Positions 1 through 13,144 of a DNA stretch of 64,000 nucleotides are shown here, piece after piece. The stretch covers positions 57,164,001 through 57,228,000 of the forward strand of contig OX597820.1 of assembly GCA_951406725.2 (NCBI GenBank). Direction: 5' to 3'. The DNA is from Octopus vulgaris (Eukaryota). Position 1 is the first letter of the stretch. Each line of letters starts with the position of its first letter. Position numbers and translations under genes: made by a program. The notes under the pieces are model-generated. The model was not told where the DNA came from. It did not search any database and saw only the letters and a program-made list of their open reading frames with translations.

Positions 1-476
1 CATAGTTTGAGTAGATGAGGATCTGGGTCTCTATTCTCTATACCTACATAATTTTGTATAAACTCTTAAATAGATTTATTAAATGTCAAGTAAAGAGAAC
101 TATACATAACATGTGTTAAAGATTCATATTTACATGTTCCTTGTGAGGAATTTTACATGAACGTGCATACATACACACACACATGCACAAAAACACACAT
201 ACACACACATGTACAAATGAGTTTAAAAATATTATATATATATATAAATTATAAATATGGCTGCTGCAGAGAATTATAATGTGCATGTATTGTGTTAGTA
301 CATTAATGTGTCTATGCTGGAGTGTATTTCTACATAAATGTCAATTTATTAATATCAATAAAATTACACACTCACATACACACATGTATATGTACATACA
401 TACACATATATATATATTTATATATATATATATATACACACATATCCACACACATATGCACATATAGCTATGTAAC

Positions 477-522
<46 letters not shown>

Positions 523-779
523 AATTGTCATTTATGTAGAAACTCACACTAACACAGGCACACACTATTATTGCAGCACATACCTACAGCCATTGAAATA
601 ATAATAATTCTCTGTACCAGCCATTTATATGATTCTAGAAACAGCTGCCGCAGTTGTACAAGATGGAATTTTCATTATCGTTTGTGCACAACAGGATATT
701 AAACTTCAATTGTGAAACATCCTTAGCAGACCATTTAACCATCTCTTTCTCAGAGACACTTTCTCTTTTCTCTAAACAT

Positions 780-1228
<449 letters not shown>

Positions 1229-1473
1229 TATATATTTACACCCACTGTGCTCTCATTCTTTCCCTCTCTCTCTCTCTCTCACACACACACATGTTCACGT
1301 ACACACACACACCTGATGTATACACACTTACATACAAACACTGTAGTACACATACATATGCATGCATATATTTTTGCATTTGTATCTGTATTTTCGTATA
1401 CTACATGTATCTGTGTGAGTGCTAATATGTGTGTATGTGTGCATACATGTATGCAAGTGTGTGTGTGTGTTTA

Positions 1474-1524
<51 letters not shown>

Positions 1525-2258
1525 TCATATATATATAGATATATATATAGGTAGATATAGATATATAGGTAGATATAGATATCATCATCATCATCGTTTA
1601 ACGTCAGCCTTCCATGATGAATGTATGTACAGATATAGATAGATAAATAGATAGATCGATTAAGAGAGAGAGAAAGAAAGAAAGAAAGAAAGAGAGAGGT
1701 GGGGGAGGGAGAGAGAGAGAGAGAGAGATCAACAATTTAATAACACCAAACAGTACTGTTTTGTATCAAACAGTTTATTCCATTGAATTCCCGTAATAAC
1801 ATTGGTTGATATTTTGTCAGAAAATATCCTATACATAATGTTATAAAATTACAGGTGTTCAGATATCCCTTGAATTTCCTTGTGTCATTTAAGGCAATCG
1901 AGTTGCCTTCTTCTCATTAATATCAAGATCATTTTCTTCAACGTAAGGCAAATATTATATTTCCTTCATCTCTTTCATAATTTCTCCTTCCATAGTATTT
2001 TTTCAGACAGCTGTTGCTTTATGTTAATGAATGAGATGCAATGATGTTTTTTAAGCATTTAGTTAAAACTTATTATGCTACTGTGCCTGCATAGGCACAG
2101 GAGTGGCTGTGTGGTAAGAAGTATACTTCCCAACCACATGGTTCCAGGTTCAGTCTCACTGCGTGGCATGGTGGTCAAGTGTCTTGTACTATATATAGTC
2201 TCAGGCCGAACAAAGCCTTGTGAATGGATTTCGTAGATGGAAACTGAAAGAAGCCTGT

Positions 2259-2305
<47 letters not shown>

Positions 2306-2618
2306 GGTGGCACGTAAAAAGCACCATCCGATCGTGGCCGTTGCCAGCCTTGCCTGGCCCCTTTGCCGGTGGCAGGTAAAAAGCACCATCCATCCGTGGC
2401 CGTTTGCCAGCTCCGTCTGGCACCTGTGCGAGTGGCACGTAAAAAGCACCCACTACACTTACAGAGTGGTTGGCGTTAGGAAGGGCATCCAGCCGTAGAA
2501 ACACTGCCAGATCAGACTGGGCCTGATGCAGCCTTCTGGCTTCACAGACCCCAGTTGAACCGTCCAACCCATGCTAGCATGGAAAGCGGACGCTAAATGA
2601 TGATGATGATGATGATGA
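2306..2618 (+). mobile_element. 5'-truncated RTE LINE 3' UTR with (GAT)n tail
   Basis: Closely matches 39500-39817 of the full-length RTE. Confidence 0.92.
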
Positions 2619-2649
2619 TATATAGATATGTTAAATAAGGTCTTATGGA

Positions 2650-2869
2650 TAACAAAAGGAGAGGGGCTTTCTCTGTCCGGGTTGCGGATCCGTGGAATAA
2701 GCTGCTGGACAAGATAGTGAAGATGCCAATGACCGCTCGGTTCAAAGTCTCTCTTGACCGGAAATGATCTGAGCTCTTTGTATGACCATCCTCTCTGTAC
2801 ATAACTCCCTGTCCCCCTACATGGCCTTGCTTTTGCTTTTTGAGCCAATAAAAATTAAATTAAATTAAA
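2650..2869 (+). mobile_element. CR1-type LINE 3' fragment
   Basis: Encodes KRRGAFSVRVADPWNKLLDKIVKMPMTARFKVSLDRK*, the CR1 C-terminal pattern (FS.RV..WN.L ... FK..LD); ends in an AAATT-repeat tail. Confidence 0.8.
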
Positions 2870-4407
2870 ACATCTCATATATAAATATATATGTATGTAG
2901 TTGTGTGTCTTTGTTTGTCCCCCGCCCTACCATCGCTTAACAACTGATGATGGTGTGTTTACGTCCCTGTAACTTAGGGGTTCGGCAAAAGAGACCAATA
3001 CAATAAGTACCAGGCTTACAAAGAATGAGTCCTGGGGCTGATTTGTTTGACTAAAGGTGGTGCTCCAGCATGGCCACAGTCAAATGACTGAAACAAGTAA
3101 AAGAATACTCAAATATTTCCTGGATGTCTTATATTCCAGAGTATCAATGTCTCGATCATAATTGCCTGAAGATCAGAAACTTGAAACTTAGAATACAAAT
3201 TTACAATGTTATCAACTTATAGACACATAAAAACAAATATACATATGATTGTATGTGCATATATGCGTGTATCTGAAATTATTATAATTCCAAATCACTT
3301 TTAAGAGTCACAACTGGACACATAGAGATGGTGTGACTCTGTACTAAATCTTGGAGCAAATTTATTGTAAAGATGAAGTCGATTGGGCTACACAACATTG
3401 TGTGTGTATGTGTATATGTGTTTGTGTGTTTATTTATTCTTTGTCTGCTTCTCCATACTGGCATGTGTTGAACTGGTTATTATAGTCTGAATCAGTTCTT
3501 GCTCAGAGTTATTACTATCCTAGGTTTAGACAAGGACCTTGTCTTGCATGTTCATTACATTTTTGGCATGGCTTTTATCTTTGAACATCTTTCTTCATAC
3601 CAACTACTCTACAGAGTGTATTTGGTGCCTTTCATTTTAGAACCAGCACTAGAAGGGTTGGCTTCAGTGGCGTATGATTGTTGTTGAACTGGGTGTGCCG
3701 CCATACCCAATGCCACCAAATTTCAAGCAGTAATATGACAAAAGTTTTCCTTTAAGATTTCAGATTAAATTAACGAGTAGGGTTACTGTTTATGATGAAT
3801 TTACCATTTTCTATGGGTACACAGCACACAACTAGCACACCCAGAATATACACCTCTGGTTGGCTTTGCTTTCAGCAAGGTAAAGAGTCAGATCTACACT
3901 ACATCATCTCAATTCATTCATTTATCAGTACAAAAGAAGTTGTCTTGTTCTCAACAGAACAAAAGTGTCTCCTCTTTCCTGCATTGATTTCATTCCGCAC
4001 AATTGATTGTGGCAAAAAAACAAAAAAAAAACCAAAAAACAATAGAACATTTGGGTGAATGGAGTGAGAAGGTGAGAGAAAAGAAGAGAGTGGGAATACG
4101 GCAGAAGAGAGCACAATTAGAGAGAAAAGATAATGGTTGATATATAATGGTGTGTTGGAATTGGTGATTCAGTAGAAACAAGCCTGAGAGATAATTACTT
4201 GACAGTTAGCAGTAAAGAAATTGAAGAAATTGGCAGAAAGTATTTCAGAGGTTGATATCAGAAAATAACATGAAAGAAGCAGTACAAAAAGTAACAGAAG
4301 AGAGAGAAAATGAATGTTACCAAAGTGAAAGGAGCAAAAACCATTTTAAAGAACAGTGGGAATGCATCTCTAAATATTCAAGTTTGGCTATGTCAGACCT
4401 AAGTATT

Positions 4408-5100
4408 TGCACTTTGGCACTCTGTCAGTTATGATGATGTGGGTTCCAGTCGATCCCATCAATGGAACACCCTGCTTTGAAATTAATGGTGCAAGTGGCT
4501 GAGCACTCCACAGACATGTATTCCTATTTCTTTACTACCCACAAGGGGCTAAACACAGAGAGGACAAACAAGGCAGACAAACGGATTAAGTCGATTACAT
4601 CAACCCCAGTGCATAACTGGTACTTAATTTATTGACCCCAAAAGGATGAAAGGCAAAGTCTTTAATAATGATAATAATAATACTTTCTACTAAAGACACA
4701 AGGCCTGAAATTTGCTGGGAGGGGGTAGTCGATTACATCGACCCCCAGTGTTCAACTGGTACTTATTTTATCAACCCTGAAAGGATGAAAGGCAAAGTCG
4801 ACCTCAGAGGAATTTGAATTCAGAATGTAGTAGCAGACAAAATATGGCTACGCATTTCGCCTGGCGTGCTAACGTTTCTGCCAGCACTCCACAGACATGT
4901 ATACCCTTAATGTAGTTCCCAGGGAGATTCAGCATGACATAGAATGTAATACAGATACTACTCATTTTTGCCAGCTGAGTGGACTGGAGCAATGTGAAAT
5001 AAAGTGTCTTACTCAAGGACACAACACATCACCAGGAATTGAACTCACAACCTTACTACCGTGAGCCGTATGCCCTAACCACTAAACCACATGCCTTCAC
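4408..5100 (-). mobile_element. tRNA-derived SINE, family C
   Basis: Head GGCATGTGGTTTAGTGGTTAGGG...GAGTTCAATTCC on the minus strand; same family as 60920-61230; near-TSD AGAC(C/T)TAAGTAT flanks. Confidence 0.85.
4522..4882 (-). mobile_element. SINE family B (two-tailed composite) nested in a family C SINE
   Basis: GCTGGCAGAAACGTTAGC head and GACTTTGCCTTTCATCCTTT core; 20-bp TSD AGCACTCCACAGACATGTAT at 4502-4521 and 4883-4902. Confidence 0.88.
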
Positions 5101-5506
5101 AGACTTAAGTATAAGATGGAGAGAAAGGTTCAGAACGTATATGTAAATATACTGCCTAGGTAGAAAAACTATCAAATATTGTGTCAGGATGTGGCTCATA
5201 TAACCAAAACTTTCAAGCATTCCAGTTACCTGCATTGAAAAGCAGAGCCAATACTTTGCAATACTTTCCTCATCTCACCAAATTTTATGCAGCCTGAAAT
5301 TCCCAGAAATGCCTCCATCATTACAAAAATTTCCACTGCAAATGGTTTCTCCTTCATTTCCCTTTCTCTTTTGGCAATGTCGGCAAATTTACAAAATTGC
5401 TTTAAAAAACGTTCGCCTCATAAATATTGATGCTTTACTGAAGATTGATGATGGTGAATCTTACTAACCAAGGAACGCATTATGTATATATGATGGCCTC
5501 GATATA

Positions 5507-5539
<33 letters not shown>

Positions 5540-5874
5540 GTTTGTGTGGATATATTTGTTGAAACCACTTCCCTTGTCATCTCTTTTCCGTTGAGTTTTC
5601 TGTAATCCTAAACTTAATGGAACATTTTCGTAAAGCCTATTAAAGTTCGTGCAGTCTATTCTTTCTTATACCTCTTTGAAGTCTGCTTCATTTCATTATT
5701 CAATATTCCCCATAATATGGATCTACATTTGCTATTGCAAATGTAAATTAATGATTTTTTTTCTTCAGTTGTTTCTATAAACTGCACTGGATCATTGACA
5801 AAACCACCTTCTGTGGTTACTATTTTATGGAATCTATTATATATCTATATAATATATATATGTGTGTGTATATA

Positions 5875-5905
<31 letters not shown>

Positions 5906-6128
5906 GTGAATGTATAAGTGCTCACACATTAGAAAAACACTTCTTCTCAAAAAAAGGTTAGTAACATCCTCATTTCATAACATTTTGTTTTAATAATTTC
6001 TTTTAGAAAAATCACCTTTACACTTCAAAAACTGTATTAAGTAATTCTCATAGACTTTCAAGTATACATACATATATATATATACACATACATACATATA
6101 TATATACATACATACATACATACATACA

Positions 6129-6175
<47 letters not shown>

Positions 6176-7044
6176 GCATACATTATGTGTGTGTACCCAT
6201 TCCATTGTGTTCCTTTTCACCATTTTCACAAAGTGAATGATTATATATCTTCTGCCATGTCTTTAGATATTGATACACCTCTTTATCTTCTTGGAGGCTG
6301 CAAGCTCTTTTGCATCGACTTCTACCGACATATTTCTCAGTCTTAAGTAGCCACCATCTTGTTAAATAGAATACTAGCAGTAAGCTGCCTTCAAACTCTC
6401 CATCTATTATGATTTACATGAACAATTTTTTTTGTTCTAGTATATTCCAAAATAAATAAGGTTTTTTCTTTTCTTTTCTTTTTTTTTTTTGTTGTATATG
6501 TAGCTTTACCTATTTTATGCTTTGAGCTCATAGTTTATAGGTTCATAAATTCTCCAGATCTATCACAAGACATGCTCCAGGTCAAATAATAAATAACAAT
6601 TTCTAACATAGGCACAACATTGACAGTGCTATTATTGACACATGTTATTGATCCTGGGGAGATAAATGATGACGTAGACCCCCAGCAGTATTTGAACTTG
6701 GTATGCAAGGAGAGATAACTAAATAATGCTCTATTGTTCCACTTTTTTATCATATGATATATTATAATATTTCATGTTGCTATTACATATATTGCATTTT
6801 TGTTTTAGCATTTAATAATCTGTTCTAGGGAAGGGCTGCATTTATGCCTATTCATATGATTGAGGTGTTACTCTATCAGACTCTGGTGACTTGTTTTCAT
6901 TAACTAAGATCTGAAAACCCAGTCTTTTTTTTTTCTTTTTTTCTTTTTTTTTGTTACAGCCACAAGCAAATAATATTGGAATTCTAATATTGACACATCA
7001 CGAATCATGGGGAATGATTTTGTCGAATTAGATTGATTCTTACC

Positions 7045-7220
7045 TTTTATCTTTTACTTGTTTCAATCACTAAACTGTGGCCATACTGGAGTACCACTTT
7101 GATGGGATTTAGTTGAACAAATTAACCCCCAGTACTTACTTTTTAGATCTGGTACTTATTTTGTTGTCGCTTTTGCTGAACAGCCCAGTGATGGAACATA
7201 AACAAACCAACACCAGTTGG

Positions 7221-7312
<92 letters not shown>

Positions 7313-7468
7313 TGGGCTTCCACATAGTTTCTGTCTGCCAACTTCACTAACTAGCCATTGGTTGGCCTGGGGCTATAGTAGTAGACACTTACTCAAAGGA
7401 GCTTTGCAGTGAGACTGAACCCACAACCATTTAGTTGCACAGAGAGCTTCTTAAGCACACAGCTATGG
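7045..7468 (-). mobile_element. SINE family A, diverged, with internal (CA)n
   Basis: Tail and head homology to the 2094-3105 copy. Confidence 0.8.
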
Positions 7469-7515
7469 GGCTTAATCAAAAGAGGAAGGGCAATGCTTTG
7501 TGGCATTTCTCAGGA

Positions 7516-7854
7516 CCATTCTATATTTAAGAGATGAGGAATTATTTACATTATTTACATTATTTACATTTGACGGATATTTGTCCTTATTTTGTTTGTT
7601 GTTAACACAACGTTTCGGCTGATATACCTTCCAGCCTTCATCAGGTGTCTTGGGGAAATTTCGAACCTGGGTTCTCATTCCTAAGGTATTTTTTCAACGT
7701 TGTTGTTGTTATTATTACTATTATTATTATTATTATTATTATTATCATTATTATTATTATTATTATTATTATCGTTATTCAAGTCACTGCCTGGAATGAA
7801 ACTCAGAATATTGGGGTTAGTAGCCTCTGCTCTTAACCACTACGCCATATGCCC
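7516..7854 (-). mobile_element. tRNA-headed SINE-like element carrying a hammerhead ribozyme
   Basis: A box TGGCGTAGTGG (7847-7837), B-box-like GTTTCATTCC (7802-7793), (AAT)n, hammerhead at 7649-7604, (GTAAATAAT)3 near the 3' end. Confidence 0.8.
7604..7649 (-). ncRNA. Minimal type I hammerhead ribozyme
   Basis: GACAC-CUGAUGA-A-GGCUG(10 nt)CAGCC-GAAA-CGUU^GUGUU: intact core, 5-bp stem II, 5-bp stem I, palindromic AACGUU helix III. Confidence 0.82.
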
Positions 7855-8136
7855 ACGGGCATATGGTGTCAAAAACTGATGAAAGGAAGAGTTAAAATCA
7901 TTCTCAAACAGGACCTGGACTGAAATCTTACAACTTATGACACTTTGCGGGCAGGTGACACTGCTAAGCTGGGTGATAGATTAAGCCTACTTGATTAATT
8001 CTTAATGTATTGACCTCAGACAGGTAACATCAACAGGATAGGAACTCAGAGGATAAAAGGCCTTAACTAAATGAAATACACCTTATTATTTTTGTAACTC
8101 TAGTACCTTCATAAATCAATATAAATCAATATAAAG

Positions 8137-8455
8137 ATGGCGTGCTGGCAGAATTGTTAGCATGCCGGGTGAAATGCTTAGTGGTATTTTGTCTGTCTTT
8201 ACATTCTGAGTTCAAATTCTGCCAAGGTCAACTTTGCCTTTCATCCTTTTGGGGTCGATAAATTAAGTACCAGCTGTGTACTGGGGTTGATCTAATCGAC
8301 AGGCTCCCTGCTTCCCCCAAAAATTTCGGGCCTTGTGCCTAAAGTAGAACAGAAAAATCATTATAAATATACCAGTTGTGTACTGGGGTTGATCTAATTG
8401 ACAGGTCCCCTCCCCCAAAATTTCGGGCCTTGTACCTAAAGTAGAAAAGAATAAA
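8137..8455 (+). mobile_element. SINE family B with duplicated 3' segment
   Basis: GGCGTGCTGGCAGAATTGTTAGC head and GAGTTCAAATTC B box; 3' ~95 bp repeated (8268-8365, 8370-8468). Confidence 0.85.
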
Positions 8456-8611
8456 TCATTATAAATATACAGAAATTTTGACCTGCAATTGGTTCAAATT
8501 TTTTTTCTTTTATTTCAATTACATTTTTTTAAAGTTTTATATTTTGTGAAATATATATTCCGGAGTTGTACTTAACTCATAAACAACTCGATCCAAGACC
8601 ATGAAACAGCA

Positions 8612-8806
8612 TGGAAGAGCCATTTGATAACACACAAAAGCTGATCAATTCACTTTAAATTTAAATTTATTCCATGAGGTGTCAAAATTTTCATCATACA
8701 GCTGCAACCTGGTCATTGACACAAGAATTGTGTCACATTGTGCAAAGAAAATGTCATCACCTCATGAAATAATTTACAGCTTTTGTGTTACTAAATGGCA
8801 CCTGTA
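8612..8806. mobile_element. Tc1/mariner-type MITE (degenerate inverted arms)
   Basis: GCCATTTGATAACAC...CATGAGGTG is inverted to CACCTCATG...GTGTTACTAAATGGCACCTG-TA. Confidence 0.55.
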
Positions 8807-8839
8807 CAATGTAGTTACTAAATTTTGATGTTTTCTACA

Positions 8840-9130
8840 ACTTTTAATATTTTTCTTAAATTCTAATCCTTTTTCTTAAATTTTTATATTTTTCTTTTAT
8901 TTTTATACTTTTCCTTAAATTTTTGTATTTTTCTTTAATTTTTATGCTTTTCCTTAAATTTTTATATTTAAAAAAATACTTTTCCTGAAATTTTTATATT
9001 TTTCTAAAATATTTATACTTTCCCTTAAATTTTTATATTTTTCTTAAAGTTAAAATTTTTCGCTTAAATTAAAGAATATTTTTCTTAACTGGCATTATTT
9101 TTTAAAAATTTAAAATTTTTTTCTCAAATT
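8840..9130. repeat. AT-rich ~19-20 bp minisatellite
   Basis: Repeated TTTTATATTTTTCTTAAAT variants. Confidence 0.8.
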
Positions 9131-9269
9131 TTCCAGTTTGACAGAGACGTTACTTGCTAGAGGCACACTTGACAACTACAGTGGAAAGAAGCACATTTTC
9201 TGGCATCCTTTCTTCATGGTGAGTTACAAACATTAACATTTATCTATATTTATTTAAGCCATATTATGA

Positions 9270-9605
9270 AGGAGCATGGCTCAGTCATTAGAGCGTCAAG
9301 CTTACGATTGTGAGGTTTTGAGCTCAAATCCCGGACTGGGCTGTGTGTTGTGTTCTTGAGCAAGACACTTTATTTCACATTGCTCCAGTTCACTCAGCTG
9401 TAGAAATGAGTTGTGATGTCACATCACAGGTGCCAAGCTGTGTTGGCCTTTGCCTTTCCCTTGAATAACACTGGTAGTGTGGAGAGGGGAGGCCGATATG
9501 CATGGCTGACTGCTGGTCTTCCATAAACAACTTTGCTCTGGACTTGTGCCTGGGAGGGTAACTTTCTAGGTGCAATCCCATGGTCAGTCATGACCGAAGG
9601 GGGTT
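9270..9605 (+). mobile_element. tRNA-derived SINE with a family C-related head
   Basis: GGAGCATGGCTCAGT head and TTGAGCAAGACACTTTATTTCAC...CACTCAGCTG core shared with family C. Confidence 0.75.
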
Positions 9606-9822
9606 TCAGATTATGTCATCTGTTACCTGGCAATATTTCTTTGGTGGTACCTAAAGCTGTTAACTCAGCAGCTCTTATTTGTAACCGTTGTTGTTTAACC
9701 ACAAGTCAGTCTCGAATGAGCAGACCTATGATCAAAGGCATTTCAGCTATGTCTATACCATCTTTTTTTTACCTGGTGTTATATATATCTAATACTTCAT
9801 TTGTTATCATCATCATATTCTA

Positions 9823-10350
9823 TTTTTGATTGTTTCAGTCATTTGACTGTGGCCATGTTGGAGCACCGCCTTGAGTTGAGCAAATCGCCCCCAGGACTTA
9901 TTCTTTGTAAGCCTAGTACTTATTGTATCGGTGTCTTTTGCCGAACTGCTAAGTTACAGGGACGTAAACACACCAGCATCGGTTGTCAAGCAATGTCAGA
10001 GGGACGACCGCGTGTGTACCATTGGCGATTTGTTTTCCTCCGTCTTCCCTTCTCTGGATCTTTCCTTTTCCTATGTTTCTGACAAAGAGCTCCACTCGAA
10101 ACATAAAACCCTCCTTCTTCCCTTCCTTCCTGAGCGTCCAATAATATTATATTTGTTCCACGTCCTCACATTGTTGTGTTTTCTCTTTGTGTTTTCATGT
10201 TTGGATTAACTTTATATATATATATACGACAGGCTTCTTTCAGTTTCTACCTATCAAATCCACTCACAAGGCTTTGGTCAGTTCGAGGCTATAGTAGAAG
10301 ACACTTGCCCAATGTGCCACACAGTGGGACTGAACTCGGAACCTTGTGGT
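9823..10350 (-). mobile_element. SINE family A interrupted by a hammerhead-bearing element
   Basis: Tail at 9823-10000 and head part at 10215-10350. Confidence 0.85.
10005..10212 (+). mobile_element. Hammerhead-bearing short element (family H2), decayed core
   Basis: GTTT-CTGACAA-A-GAGC TCC ACTC-GAAA-CATA-AAAC (10075-10109); homologous to 24663-24850 in reverse orientation. Confidence 0.75.
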
Positions 10351-10984
10351 TCATATAATATGGATTGGATGGTTTGACAGGAGCCGGTAGCCAGAGAGCT
10401 ACACCAGGCTCCAGTTGTCTGTACCCATCCTAATGCCAACCCCTTTACAGAGTGTACTGGGTGCTTTTTATGTGCAGCAGCACTGGTCCTATTATGTGGC
10501 TCCATTGCAAATGTTTTTACATGCTTCTGGCATATACCAGCTTCTTACATGGTACCAGTACAGGAGCTTTTTATGTGACATTGAAACAGATACTTTTTAT
10601 AGGGAACCAGTACCTGGACCATAAGATGTCATTTAAGGAAATTTTGGCTGATATTTCTTGCAAACCAAGCGTCTACATTACAGGTCGCATTTGGGCCTGT
10701 CTCAGTCAATATACTTTATGTCAATTGTAACAATTAATACAATAAATGCTGTCTGCAACAATTAAAGCAGCTTATGTTACATTTTAATACTTTAAATGGC
10801 TGGCATTTATTTATCATATTTCACATTTAACACTGCCCAATGTCAACATTCCTACTCCAGACAAAACTATATTTAGTGGAGACACTTAACATAATCTCTG
10901 TACCTCAGATAACAATTGGCATAAATGAAATATCATGTAGCATTTCAACACCAGTTGTTGCTATTACGTAAGTAAAATGACTGT

Positions 10985-11338
10985 TGTGGCTGATGCCAAT
11001 ACCACCCGACTGGTAGCCATGCTGGTGGCATGTAAAAAGCACCATTTGAGTGTGGTTGATACCCGGTGCTGCTGGACTGGCTTCCATGCTGGTGGCACGT
11101 AAAAAGCACCATTCAAGTGTGGCCAATGCCAGTGCCACCAGGCTGGCCCCCATGCCAGTGGTATGTTAAAATCTTCCACTACACTCTTAGAGGGGTTGGC
11201 ATTAGGAAGGGCATCCAGCTGTAGTAACCATGCCAGATCAGTTTGGAGTGTGGTGTAGCCTCCTGGCTTGCCAGTCCTCAGTCAATCTGTCCAACCCATG
11301 CCAGCATGGAAAGCAGATGTTAAACGATGATGATGATG
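10985..11338 (+). mobile_element. RTE 3' UTR fragment, older subfamily
   Basis: Three GGTGGCAYGTAAAAAGCACC modules, CCAACCCATGCCAGCATGG and a (GAT)n tail. Confidence 0.85.
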
Positions 11339-11734
11339 TTAAACTCAGATGGTATCTAGTGCCCTTATTAGCACCATCAACTGACCTTTGCATACGTTTT
11401 TCTTTGTTGTTTTTGTTTGTGGAGACCTTTTCACTGTAAGCATTTAAATAAATCGTCTCAACCTGAAAATGATAGCCTCTTTCCTTTTTGTAACCTGTTG
11501 TGGAAGCACTGCAAAAGAGTCATTAATACTCCACTTTCTGAGATCTTTTTTTTTTTTTTAACAAGATAATCACAGGATGAGGAGGAGAAAAAGGAAAGGG
11601 AATCTATTTCCAGGGTGTCTGAGACTGTTGGGAGGAAGAGAAGGGAGTTTTCTTCAGACTGGTGTCCTGACCTGAATCCCTAAATTCTAGCAACAGATTC
11701 CTATAAGGTTTTCGTGTTTGTGTTGAACTAAGAG

Positions 11735-12065
11735 ACAAATTAAGTCATTTGTTCCCTATGGAGCATCGGCCATCAATAATTTTTGTCCGCTGTTCTCAAC
11801 TTTGGGCTGATGAAGATAAATTCCCTTTCCAGCTCTTGTTGGTTCTGAATTGTTATTGGTTCTTCTGTGACTTGTCATTTTCCAAGGTAGGGGTGTAGAT
11901 TCCATGCAAACCCATTTTTACCTCTGGGTAGAGATTGTCCAGATTGGTCTGACCTCTATCCCTTGATCTGTCTAGTATGGAAGACCCTACCAGGAGCTTG
12001 TATTCCACTGCCATAGTTCTAATATTAATTGAGTCCTACAGGCTACTACACTACAGCAAAGACCA
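11735..12065 (-). mobile_element. Internally deleted (bipartite) RTE-derived element: 5' UTR joined to 3' end
   Basis: Minus strand has a BovB/RTE-like 5' UTR (GCTCCTGGTAGGGTCTTCCATACTAGACAGATC) joined to an RTE-like C-terminus (AQS*EQRTKIIDGRCSIGNK*). Confidence 0.5.
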
Positions 12066-12850
12066 AATGTGGTGGTGGATAATTTAAATCTACCATTCAA
12101 GAATTGGAACATTATCTAAGACAGGCTTCCATACAGTGTGCATAAATGAAAGTTTGCCAAAACAGCTTTGGACAACTTGAGACTATGGTAGAAGAGACAC
12201 TCACTCAAAGTGCGATATAGTGGGAAGAAACCAAAATTCACATAGCTGCAAAATGAGTTCCTTAATCTCACACCCATTTTTGAACTCGATTATGAGACTA
12301 TAACACACTCCTGTCAAAAAGAAAATGACAAAAATCAAAACAGTTGTTGATATTGCCATTAAACAATTAACACAGCTAGTGGGAAAGGCGGCAGATTTTA
12401 TGAGCATCACATTTATTTCACCCACTTTATTCTAATGAACAGAAATACTATCAAAATTAACATGCAAATACATGCATCATAAAATTAACATATGGCCACT
12501 GACATGATAAAAGATCTCAAAATTTGACAGTGACAAACAAAACAAATTGACTGCTGATGAATGATGCTAATGGTCAAAAAAATATTCGGTGGAAAAGTCT
12601 TACGCGAATTCCCCCAGTGTATAAGAAACGAGACAAAGGCCAAATATATTCAGTTGAAACCTTGAAAATGAGGCTGACGGCTTCAAAATGTCAAATATGG
12701 ATTTAAGAATTCTACTGTTCCAAACTAGCTATAAAAAGATAATAAGAGAACATGAAAAATATAAAAGATAAAACTTGAATATTGAGTATTTAATGGAGCA
12801 TTCATAAAAAGGGCTGTTCCTCATATATATATATATATATACATAGATAT

Positions 12851-13030
12851 ATTTTTTATTTGTGAAATAAATCTACCATTAATTTCATGTTAAGAAGAGT
12901 AGGAAAATATCCAAGTGTCTTAACACGTTTCTTCATGTGATCGGCTAGAAAAATTGTTAAAATACTTGGCTATTTTCCTACGCTTTTTAACATGAAACTA
13001 ATGGTAGCTTTAATTCACAAATAAAGAAAT
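12851..13030. repeat. Long inverted repeat (~75-bp arms)
   Basis: Arms 12851-12925 and 12955-13030 are reverse complements with scattered mismatches. Confidence 0.88.
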
Positions 13031-13108
13031 TATTTATCAATCAATGTGGTGTTGAGCACTCATTCCATCATTTACATTTATACATACATACATACATATA
13101 TGTATGTA

Positions 13109-13144
<36 letters not shown>

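Larger units (their letters stand above)
2094..3105 (+). mobile_element. tRNA-derived SINE, family A (internal microsatellite), interrupted by RTE and CR1 3' ends
   Basis: Head GGCACAGGAGTGGCTGTGTGG (A box) ... GGTTCAGTC (B box); tail ...CCAGCATGGCCACAGTCAAATGACTGAAACAAGTAAAAGA shared with about 10 copies in the window. Confidence 0.9.

Noticed and set aside
5230-5420. Minus-strand open stretch ending at CAG|GTAA
   Set aside because: No recognisable homology or clear acceptor
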